Assembly (NCBI GenBank): GCA_022450665.1
Contig: JAKUPQ010000002.1
Coordinates: 15,826-79,825 of the forward strand
Origin: Alphaproteobacteria bacterium
Lineage (GTDB): Bacteria; Pseudomonadota; Alphaproteobacteria; Rickettsiales; VGDC01
DNA: 64,000 nt
Reading direction: 5' to 3'
The position numbers were made by a program, and so were the translations under genes. Positions 40,950 through 49,354 of the stretch are shown in pieces. Position 1 is the first letter of the stretch, and every line of letters starts with the position of its first letter. The notes beneath the pieces were generated by a model. It did no database searches and was not told where the DNA came from. It saw only the letters and a list, made by a program, of their open reading frames with translations.

Positions 40950-42605
40950 ATGAGCGAGCAAACTCAACCCACTGAAGAACAAATTGAAACCATGGATTGC
41001 GATGTGCTGATTGTAGGTGCGGGGCCATCGGGGCTTTCTGCTGCAATACGTTTGAAGCAATTGGCAAATGAGCAAAATCAGTCACTTGAAGTGGTGGTGG
41101 TAGAAAAAGGGTCTGAAGTAGGTGCGCATATTCTCTCGGGAGCGTGTATCGAAACCCGCGCACTTGATGAACTTATTCCGGATTGGAAAGACAAGGGCGC
41201 GCCGCTGACGGTGGAGGCTACCCATGATGAATTTATATTCCTTTCAGAAAAAGGCAGCATTAAACTGCCCACTCCACCGCAAATGCACAATAAGGGAAAC
41301 TATATTGTTAGTCTGGGGAATTTTGCGCGCTGGTTGGGGCAGCAAGCCGAAGCGCTGGGTGTACAAGTATTCGCCGGATTTCCCGCTGCTGATTTAGAAA
41401 TAGAGGGCGGCAACGTGACGGGCATTTTAACCGGCGCGTTTGGTATTGGCAAAGATGGCACAAAAAAGGCAGGCTATCAGCCACCTATGCGCTTGAAAGC
41501 AAAATATACTATCTTTGCTGAAGGGTGTCGTGGTTCGCTATCGCAGCGGCTGATGGAAACATTCGACTTGCGTAAAGGTATAAATCCACAAACTTACGGT
41601 TTAGGCATAAAAGAATTATGGGAAGTGGCACCTGAGAAGCATAAACAAGGTACAGTGACTCACACGGTTGGCTGGCCGATGGATAATAAAGCCTATGGTG
41701 GATCGTTTATCTATCATGCAGAAAATAATCAGGTTGCGATTGGCTATGTGGTTGGTCTGGATTATGAAAATCCGTATCTTGACCCGTACATGGAATTTCA
41801 ACGGTTTAAAACCCATCCAAAAATTAAAACGTTGCTTGAGGGGGGACGACGCATTGCGTATGGAGCGCGTGCCTTGAATGAAGGTGGTGTGCAGTCTATT
41901 CCTAAACTCGCGTTTAATGGCGGGGTGTTAACCGGCTGTGCTGCGGGGTTTTTGAATGTTCCGAAAATTAAAGGCACCCATACCGCTATGAAAACCGGTA
42001 TGTTGGCGGCTGAGAGTATTTTTGCCGCATTGGGCGAAGGGCGCTCCCACGATACCGTAACTGCCTATGAAGAGGCATTCAAAGCCTCATGGGTATATGA
42101 AGAGCTGTATAAAGTGCGCAATATACGCCCCTCATTCAAAAGCGGGTTGTTGCTGGGGCTTTTATATGCAGGAATCGATACATTGCTGTTGCGCGGCAAA
42201 GCGCCATGGACATTGCAACATGCGCATTCGGATAACAAAGCGACCCGCAAAGCAAAATCGAGCAAGAAAATTACTTATCCCAAGCCCGATGGAGTGCTTA
42301 CATTCGATCGCATGTCGTCGGTATTCTTGTCGAATACGAATCATGAAGAAGATCAGCCGTGCCATTTGCGCTTAAAAGATAGTTCGATCCCTATCAATTA
42401 TAATTTGCCCGAATATGCCGAACCCGCGCAACGCTACTGTCCTGCCGGTGTGTATGAGGTCGTAGAAGAAAATGGTAAGCCACGGTTTCAGATTAATGCG
42501 CAAAACTGTGTGCATTGTAAAACTTGCGACATTAAAGACCCGAAACAAAATATTGTATGGGTCACACCCGAGGGGGGTGGCGGCCCGAACTATCCGAATA
42601 TGTAG
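40950..42605 (+). CDS. Electron-transfer flavoprotein:ubiquinone oxidoreductase
   Basis: FAD motif DVLIVGAGPSGLSAA and the C-terminal 4Fe-4S region CPAGVYE...CVHCKTCDIKDP...PEGGGGPNYPNM. Confidence 0.93.
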   Translation: MSEQTQPTEEQIETMDCDVLIVGAGPSGLSAAIRLKQLANEQNQSLEVVVVEKGSEVGAHILSGACIETRALDELIPDWKDKGAPLTVEATHDEFIFLSEKGSIKLPTPPQMHNKGNYIVSLGNFARWLGQQAEALGVQVFAGFPAADLEIEGGNVTGILTGAFGIGKDGTKKAGYQPPMRLKAKYTIFAEGCRGSLSQRLMETFDLRKGINPQTYGLGIKELWEVAPEKHKQGTVTHTVGWPMDNKAYGGSFIYHAENNQVAIGYVVGLDYENPYLDPYMEFQRFKTHPKIKTLLEGGRRIAYGARALNEGGVQSIPKLAFNGGVLTGCAAGFLNVPKIKGTHTAMKTGMLAAESIFAALGEGRSHDTVTAYEEAFKASWVYEELYKVRNIRPSFKSGLLLGLLYAGIDTLLLRGKAPWTLQHAHSDNKATRKAKSSKKITYPKPDGVLTFDRMSSVFLSNTNHEEDQPCHLRLKDSSIPINYNLPEYAEPAQRYCPAGVYEVVEENGKPRFQINAQNCVHCKTCDIKDPKQNIVWVTPEGGGGPNYPNM

Positions 42606-42634
42606 GGAAGGCCAGCTTGCAAAGCAGGCAAATA

Positions 42635-42673
42635 AAAACCGGCGCCTTTTTTGTAAAAGGTTTCGCCGGTTTT
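42635..42673. terminator. Bidirectional terminator hairpin
   Basis: AAAACCGGCG...CGCCGGTTTT with an inner CCTTTT/AAAAGG extension, between convergent genes. Confidence 0.65.
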
Positions 42674-42708
42674 CTGGTGCTCGATTGTGTAATCGCGCCG
42701 CTTGTAGC

Positions 42709-42891
42709 TTAGATGCTTTGGAAAGGAATGGGATTATTGGTGCGGGAATCCATCACCATTTTACCATCTTCATAGGCGGCGGCCATGTAGCGTGTGTTCT
42801 CGTTAATGAAGAGAACAGGCTTTACTTTTTTGCCGTTAAAAAGCGTGTCTTTGCTCTTGGTACGGTTCAGTGGGTTATTTTTACTGCTCAT
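42709..42891 (-). CDS. Hypothetical small protein (60 aa)
   Basis: ATG-initiated ORF bracketed by a terminator and an AT-rich upstream region. I recognise no family. Whether it is coding is uncertain. Confidence 0.35.
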   Translation of the reverse strand: MSSKNNPLNRTKSKDTLFNGKKVKPVLFINENTRYMAAAYEDGKMVMDSRTNNPIPFQSI

Positions 42892-43044
42892 TTGTCTTCA
42901 CTTCCATTAGTTTAGTGGCTATAATAAAGAATCTCAAGTGCTGCATAATATTTAAAATGGCGCGTGTGGCAAGCACTTTTTGCATCTACTGAGTAGCAGT
43001 AGATCATGGTTATGCTTTAAACATTAGCAGGTAGCAAAAAATTC

Positions 43045-44889
43045 ATGTCTGAAAAATCAAACATTCCATCGCAAACCCCCGTCACTAAAAAACGCCGTAA
43101 TTATTTCGTTCTTCAAAGTCTTATGGGCATTGCAGCCGTTGGTGTAATTGGTTTGTCGGTGAGCGTTCCCAAGCCCGTAGCTACGATTAAAGAACATATC
43201 GATCAATATCAAAGCTATGCTTATACCCCAATTTTTTCGGCAGGCCCCACGGGAAGTTACCTTTCTGGACGCTATGCCGCAAATAATGGCGATTTTAAAA
43301 ATGCCGAAAAGTTTTTAGCGCGCACGCTGCAAATGGATCCGGCAAACATGGAAATTGCTGGATATACCTATCGCATGCATTTGATTACCGGTGATATGGA
43401 TGGCGCGGCCGAGATGGCTAAAATGCTCTATGAAGCCAGCGACGACGAATCAAACCCCGAAATTATGGTGCTGCTGTCTTATGTAAAGCAAGGCGATTAT
43501 GAAAATGCACGTAAAGTAGCCGCTACGTTTGATAAGTCGGGTTTTAATCTGGTGGTGCTGCCATTAATGAATGCGTGGCTGGACTTTGCCGAAGGCAAGT
43601 TGATTACCCCCGTCACACTGGATGACAGCCTAAAGAGCATAGTAGAATTTGCACCGTTTATTTATTATCAAACCGCGCTTATAAATGACTTGGCCGGATT
43701 TGAAGATGTGGCGCTAGTGCAATACGAAGAAGCGTTACATTTATCGCGCAACATGCCCTATCGCGTAGTGGAAGTACTGGGAAATCTTTATGCCCGTAAA
43801 GGGGAGTGGGATAAAGCCGAATCGCTCTACGAGCGGTATCGCAAACAAAACCCAGATTCGGTGTTGATCGCGCCAAAGCTTGCAGAAAATGCCAGAAAAG
43901 ATAAATCTCCGGCGCGTTTAGTGGCCAATATGCGCGAAGGAATGGCAGAAATATTTTTCAGCACTGCAAGCATTTTGAATAATGAAAATTTAAATGAAGA
44001 AGCGCTGATTTACATTCAACAGGTATTATATTTGAACCCTAATTTTTCTGCAGCACGTCTTATGCGTGGCACTATTTATGAAGAATTAGGCCGCTATAAC
44101 GAAGCGCTGGCAGATTATGATAACCTGACAAAAGCTACGCCATATTATCACAAAGGGCAGTTACGCAAGGCATATACGCTCAATTCTATGGAAAAGAACG
44201 ATGAAGCATTGGCATTACTGGCAGAGCTGGCGCAAAAAATGCCATCGCGTTATCAGGTGCAGCTCACACGCGGTGATATTTTAATGCGCGCTAAACGTTA
44301 TAATGATGCAAGTCAGGCCTATACTGCGGCATTGGATGCCATTAAGGATGTAAAAGGCGAACATTGGCCAATTTATTATGCTCGTGGCATTAGCTATGAA
44401 CGTACGAATGAATGGGAAAAAGCCGAAAGCGATTTTCTTAAAGCATTGGAGATCGAACCAGGTCAGCCGGATGTATTGAACTATCTCGGATATAGCTGGC
44501 TAACGCAAAATATGCGCGTTCAAGAAGCGCGCAATATGATTGAACAAGCAGTCAAAGCGCGTCCATCAGATGCACATATTATCGACAGTATGGGCTGGGC
44601 TCTCTATGCGTTGGGTGAATATGATATGTCGGTAGATTATCTGGAACGCGCTATCGAACTTATGCCTACCGATCCGACAGTGAACGATCATTTGGGCGAT
44701 GTGTACTGGCGCATGGGTCGCAAAATTGAGGCGCGTTATCAATGGAAGCGTGCGCTGCTATTCGATCCAGAGCCGCAGCATGCTGAAGAGTTGTCGCTCA
44801 AGCTGGTCAATGGATTGCCGCCACATGAAACGTTGCAAACAGCAGAAAACGAAACTCCTGTTAAACGTGCAGAAGTGCGTCAAAACTAA
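43045..44889 (+). CDS. TPR-repeat protein with N-terminal membrane anchor
   Basis: 614 aa with repeated TPR-like 34-aa units (e.g. AYTAALDA..., W.KAESDFLKALEIEP, AIELMPTDP) and one N-terminal TM helix. Confidence 0.8.
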   Translation: MSEKSNIPSQTPVTKKRRNYFVLQSLMGIAAVGVIGLSVSVPKPVATIKEHIDQYQSYAYTPIFSAGPTGSYLSGRYAANNGDFKNAEKFLARTLQMDPANMEIAGYTYRMHLITGDMDGAAEMAKMLYEASDDESNPEIMVLLSYVKQGDYENARKVAATFDKSGFNLVVLPLMNAWLDFAEGKLITPVTLDDSLKSIVEFAPFIYYQTALINDLAGFEDVALVQYEEALHLSRNMPYRVVEVLGNLYARKGEWDKAESLYERYRKQNPDSVLIAPKLAENARKDKSPARLVANMREGMAEIFFSTASILNNENLNEEALIYIQQVLYLNPNFSAARLMRGTIYEELGRYNEALADYDNLTKATPYYHKGQLRKAYTLNSMEKNDEALALLAELAQKMPSRYQVQLTRGDILMRAKRYNDASQAYTAALDAIKDVKGEHWPIYYARGISYERTNEWEKAESDFLKALEIEPGQPDVLNYLGYSWLTQNMRVQEARNMIEQAVKARPSDAHIIDSMGWALYALGEYDMSVDYLERAIELMPTDPTVNDHLGDVYWRMGRKIEARYQWKRALLFDPEPQHAEELSLKLVNGLPPHETLQTAENETPVKRAEVRQN

Positions 44890-44917
44890 TTTTTATTGTG
44901 CGACGTTGCTGTAATTC

Positions 44918-45799
44918 ATGCCATATTCTTTGATTGCTAACGAAACTGCCTATGCCAAAATCAATCTGGCATTGCAGCTTGTCGTGCAGCTGCCAAATGG
45001 CTACCACCAACTTGACAGTGTGGTGGGATTTATTGATATTGGCGACCATCTGCAGGCTAGCGCTGAAATGGATGGCACTATACGCCTCGCCATTGAGGGT
45101 ATTTATAGCGAAGGTTTATGTAGCGAGAATAATTTGGTGATACGCGCCGCTCAATGCTTGCAGCAGCATGCCAATTTATCAGTTGGGGCTCATATTCGAC
45201 TCACAAAAAATATTCCGGTTGGGGCTGGATTGGGGGGCGGCTCTGCAGATGCTGCAGCCAGTTTACGCCTGTTGAACCGCGTATGGAACTTGCGCTATAG
45301 CACCGCCATGCTGGCAGAAATCAGCGAGGAATTAGGGGCAGATGTACCCGCTTGTGTTTTTTCACAATCAACGCGTATGGAGGGTGTGGGTGAACAGCTT
45401 AGCCCGCTCCCGCATGTTCCGGCATTACCGATTGCGGTGGTGTATCCCAATATTCCATTATGGACACCCGATGTATATACTGCGTTGCACGGCAAGGGAT
45501 TTTCTGGCCGTCTTTCTAACATTCCGGCCATTGGTGCAACCTCGAAGCAATGGTTGGATTGGCTACACGCACATGCGAATGATTTAGAAGCCCCGGCAAT
45601 GCAGTTGAATAATCAAATTATTGCTATGCTCAAACAGCTTGCAAGCACACAAGGCTGTGTGTTGTCACGAATGTCGGGCAGTGGCAGCGCGTGTTTTGGA
45701 GTATTCGAAAACGCCCACAGCGCGGAGTTAGCAGCGCAAGAAATACAAACTGCGCAACCCAAATGGTGGGTGCGCAGTTCGCATATACTCGGTATGTAA
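44918..45799 (+). CDS. ispE: 4-diphosphocytidyl-2-C-methyl-D-erythritol kinase
   Basis: AKINLALQLV, GHMP kinase motif KNIPVGAGLGGGSADAAA, and MSGSGSACFG. Confidence 0.92.
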   Translation: MPYSLIANETAYAKINLALQLVVQLPNGYHQLDSVVGFIDIGDHLQASAEMDGTIRLAIEGIYSEGLCSENNLVIRAAQCLQQHANLSVGAHIRLTKNIPVGAGLGGGSADAAASLRLLNRVWNLRYSTAMLAEISEELGADVPACVFSQSTRMEGVGEQLSPLPHVPALPIAVVYPNIPLWTPDVYTALHGKGFSGRLSNIPAIGATSKQWLDWLHAHANDLEAPAMQLNNQIIAMLKQLASTQGCVLSRMSGSGSACFGVFENAHSAELAAQEIQTAQPKWWVRSSHILGM

Positions 45800-45813
45800 G
45801 CTATTTAGATAGC

Positions 45814-46581
45814 TTAGCTTTTTTCTTCTTTTTTCGCAGCGCGTACGGCATTAACCTGTTGTTGCAATGCTTCGTAAGATACCGCACCCGGAATCACTTC
45901 TTCGCCAATAATGAATACTGGTACACCTTGCGATCCCATACGAGCGGCAAGCTTTTGAGTTTCATCAATGTGGTTTTTAACGCGGTCTGAATTCATCATT
46001 TTAACGAATTTATCAGTATCCACGCCAAAGCCTTCGGCTACGGATGAAAGCGTGGCTTCATCAAATTTTCCACCTAAGCGGAATAAGGCGTTATGGTAAT
46101 CGAAATAATGTTTAGGCTCTAAATAATACATTGCCAGCGAAGCGCGGGCAGCATCTACCGAATTCGGAGCAAGCATTGGATTTTCTTTAAAGATAAAGTT
46201 CACCTTTTTATCGGCGTCCATGAGTTTCTGCACGGTGGCTAGCGAGCGTTTGCAGTAGCCGCAATTATAATCGAAAAATTCAACTACGGTTACGTCGGCA
46301 TTTTCGGGGCCAATTTTAGGGGAATCTTTGTCTTTGTAGAGCGAGCTGCTATAAGCCTGCACCACTTGGCGAGCGCGCTCAGCTTTGTTGCGTTGCTCAG
46401 CAACCTGCATTTGCTGCACCGATTCAATAATAATTTCCGGCTGCTCCATCAGGGTTTTAGCAATAAGTTCCTTAATTTCGCTTTCGGTGAAAGTGCGTGA
46501 TTTTTCCTGAGCATTGGCGCTTAATGGCGCTACTGCAGCTACGGCAATGGTTAGGGCGGCTAGGTTATGACGCAAACGCAT
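45814..46581 (-). CDS. DsbA-like thioredoxin-fold protein (Com1/27-kDa OMP-like), exported
   Basis: Signal peptide MRLRHNLAALTIAVAAVAPLSANA and the CGYC active site. The ATG at 46579-46581 is preceded by GGAG. Confidence 0.85.
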   Translation of the reverse strand: MRLRHNLAALTIAVAAVAPLSANAQEKSRTFTESEIKELIAKTLMEQPEIIIESVQQMQVAEQRNKAERARQVVQAYSSSLYKDKDSPKIGPENADVTVVEFFDYNCGYCKRSLATVQKLMDADKKVNFIFKENPMLAPNSVDAARASLAMYYLEPKHYFDYHNALFRLGGKFDEATLSSVAEGFGVDTDKFVKMMNSDRVKNHIDETQKLAARMGSQGVPVFIIGEEVIPGAVSYEALQQQVNAVRAAKKEEKS

Positions 46582-46672
46582 GGTGAACTCCTTATTCAAA
46601 TGATATCCGTCAGGGGCGATAATGGGAGCTAGCTTAGACAAAAAAGCTTGGCTTGTATAGAGATTCTGGCAG

Positions 46673-48055
46673 TTAGCTTTCTTTCTTTTTGTCTTTTTTC
46701 AATTTTAATGCCTGTCGGCGCAAATCCTGCGCACGCAATTGTGCGGGACTGCCCACTAAAATATGATTATTTGCAATATCAAGCTGGCCAATGGCTTGAT
46801 CGGGTTTGTTGATCAACACGGCTTCTTCTGCCAATGCCAGATGCGAAAGCGCAAGTCGGCCATCGCGACCATAGGCGGTAGCAAGCAATCGCCACGCCTG
46901 TGGATTCTTTTTGTCGGCACTGCTAGCATATTCGAGCGCACGAATCGCAGCGGGCAAATCATTTTTATTTTCGCTGGCGAGTAATACGCGGCCATATTCG
47001 GTGCGTATGAGTGGCGCGTCTGGCATAAGCTGTACCGCCTTACTATAAGCTTCACGTGCAGGCTCTAGGCGGCCACTCTCAAATAAAATCTGGCCTTTTA
47101 ATTCGTTAAAATAGGGATCATCCGGATTCTTTGTTAGCAATGCATCCATTTCTGCAATGGCTTCGTCTGGCTCTATGAGGCGGTGATAGGCAACAGCGCG
47201 AGCATAGCGTGCCTTAACGGATGTATCTGAAAGCGGGTATTTTTGAATTACTCTTGAGGGGTCTTCTAAAAAACCTTCCAGTTTGCCTAACAGGCGATCT
47301 TGCATCTCGGTATAATGACTAGGGGCGGTACCACTGGCAATGGGAGACTGGTTGACATGATTACGGATATGCATAATCCGTTCTTTGCTAAGCGGGTGGG
47401 TGCGTATATACGGATCGCTATCTGCACCTATTTTGCGATATTCCTGCTTACGTAATATTTCGAACATTTGCAACATGCCGCTAGCGCTTATGCCAATTGC
47501 ATCCATATAGTGTAATGCGGCTTGATCAGCCGCTTCTTCGTTGGCGCGGGTAAAGCTATACATATTTTTCATAGCAATGTTTTGGCTGCCACTCATCACG
47601 GCGGCACCTACATCACCAGCGCCAGCGCCCATAGCGGCTGCGCCCAATAATGTGCCAAGCAGTGCTTGCAACTGTGCGCGCTCTACTTCGTTGGTGGTGC
47701 GCACTAAGTGTCCTCCGGCAATATGGCCGGTCTCGTGCGCTATCACACCAATTACCATTTCGGGCGTTTCAGATTGCATCAACAATCCGGTATTAATAAA
47801 AATATTGCTGCCGCCCATCACAAAGGCATTGATGGAAGGGTCATTGACAATGTATAGGCTAATAGAAGAGGGGGTAAGCCCAGCGCGTTGAAATATCGGT
47901 TCAGAATAGCTGCGTAGTGTATGTTCAATTTCGCTATCGCGTATTAAACCTGCGGCATTTGCTGTGCTGCTTAACAACGAAATTGCAAATACGGATAGGG
48001 AAAGCGCAGACAAAATCTTCTTATGCGATAATCTGGCTTTAAAAAAATGTTGCAT
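46673..48055 (-). CDS. M48-family zinc metalloprotease with C-terminal TPR domain (BepA-like)
   Basis: Signal peptide, HETGHIAGGH (HExxH), and C-terminal TPR-like repeats. Confidence 0.85.
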   Translation of the reverse strand: MQHFFKARLSHKKILSALSLSVFAISLLSSTANAAGLIRDSEIEHTLRSYSEPIFQRAGLTPSSISLYIVNDPSINAFVMGGSNIFINTGLLMQSETPEMVIGVIAHETGHIAGGHLVRTTNEVERAQLQALLGTLLGAAAMGAGAGDVGAAVMSGSQNIAMKNMYSFTRANEEAADQAALHYMDAIGISASGMLQMFEILRKQEYRKIGADSDPYIRTHPLSKERIMHIRNHVNQSPIASGTAPSHYTEMQDRLLGKLEGFLEDPSRVIQKYPLSDTSVKARYARAVAYHRLIEPDEAIAEMDALLTKNPDDPYFNELKGQILFESGRLEPAREAYSKAVQLMPDAPLIRTEYGRVLLASENKNDLPAAIRALEYASSADKKNPQAWRLLATAYGRDGRLALSHLALAEEAVLINKPDQAIGQLDIANNHILVGSPAQLRAQDLRRQALKLKKDKKKES

Positions 48056-48130
48056 TCAAAGTTCCCCTCAGGTTAGCTCAACTAGCTATAACATAGCCAT
48101 AATCTCTTGGCACGAACAAAGGATACAGAA

Positions 48131-49288
48131 ATGATGAAAGTTGCTGCCCGTGGTGCGGTTTCCCCTTTCCATGTGATGGAAGTCATGCGCGAAGCATGGG
48201 AGCATGAAGCTACGGGTGCAGATGTGATTCATCTTTCTGTTGGGCAACCCGCCGAAGAGGCGCCAGAAGCGGTGCGGCGCAAGGCGGCAGAGTTGCTGTT
48301 AAGTAAAGCCAACCTAGGTTATACGAATGCAATGGGCGTTACCCCTCTGCGAAAAAAAATCGCAGCGTTTTATCAGCAGCGCTATGATGTTGCTGTGCCA
48401 TGGGAGCGGGTGGTGGTGACGATTGGATCTTCATCTGCATTTTTCATTAGTATGTTGGCAGCATTTGATCATGGCGATAGTGTGGCCATTGCTTTTCCGT
48501 GTTATCCGGCATATCCAAATATGCTGGAGGCAGCCGGGTTAAAGCCAGTATTTTTGCGCGCTGATGTCACAACTAACTTTCAACCAACCATAGAAATGTT
48601 GGAGGCATTGCCGAAAAAACCCGATGGTTTGATTATTGCCAGTCCGTCAAATCCGGCAGGAACAGTGATTGATCCGGTAGCATTTGCGCAAATAGTCCAA
48701 TATTGTGATGCTAATGGCATACGGCTTATTTCTGACGAAATTTATCATGGCATCACGTTTGACGGGCATAAAGAAACCACCGCTGCCGCTTTGTCTGATA
48801 CTGCGATTGTTGCCAACAGCTTTTCAAAATATTTTCTTATGCCCGGTTGGCGCTTGGGATGGGCAATTATGCCCGAAAATTTACTGCGATCCACGGAATG
48901 TTTATTGCAAAACTTTTTTATCTCGCCACCGGCTATCTCCCAATATGCTGCGATAGAAGTATTTGATTGCTTGAGCGAGTTAGATGATGTTGTAGCTGGC
49001 TATACCCGTAACAGGCAAGTGATGCTGGAAGCATTACCAAAGGCGGGGTTTACCGATTTATCGCCCTCGCAAGGCGCGTTTTATATTTATGCCGATGTGC
49101 ATCAGCTTACCGATAATAGCGAAAAATTTTGCAGGGAAATGCTGCTCAAAACAGGCGTTGCCGCTGTTCCTGGGCATGATTTTGACCGTGAACAGGGCGC
49201 AAAATTTATGCGCTTTTCTTTTTGCGGTAAAGAAGATCGCGTGGCAGAAGCGATGGCACGTATCAGCGCGTGGCTGCAAAGTACATGA
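48131..49288 (+). CDS. Class I/II pyridoxal-phosphate aminotransferase
   Basis: SPSNPAGTV and the PLP lysine block NSFSKYFLMPGWRLGW. ATG at 48131 is preceded by AAGGA; the ORF track starts at a TTG at 48107. Confidence 0.85.
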   Translation: MMKVAARGAVSPFHVMEVMREAWEHEATGADVIHLSVGQPAEEAPEAVRRKAAELLLSKANLGYTNAMGVTPLRKKIAAFYQQRYDVAVPWERVVVTIGSSSAFFISMLAAFDHGDSVAIAFPCYPAYPNMLEAAGLKPVFLRADVTTNFQPTIEMLEALPKKPDGLIIASPSNPAGTVIDPVAFAQIVQYCDANGIRLISDEIYHGITFDGHKETTAAALSDTAIVANSFSKYFLMPGWRLGWAIMPENLLRSTECLLQNFFISPPAISQYAAIEVFDCLSELDDVVAGYTRNRQVMLEALPKAGFTDLSPSQGAFYIYADVHQLTDNSEKFCREMLLKTGVAAVPGHDFDREQGAKFMRFSFCGKEDRVAEAMARISAWLQST

Positions 49289-49304
49289 ATATAGCACACA
49301 ACAA

Positions 49305-49338
49305 AACGCGCCCATCAATACATTATGATGGGCGCGTT
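49305..49338. terminator. Bidirectional terminator hairpin between the aminotransferase gene and rne
   Basis: 13-bp perfect stem AACGCGCCCATCA / TGATGGGCGCGTT. Confidence 0.7.
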
Positions 49339-49354
49339 ATGATTACATAGGCGA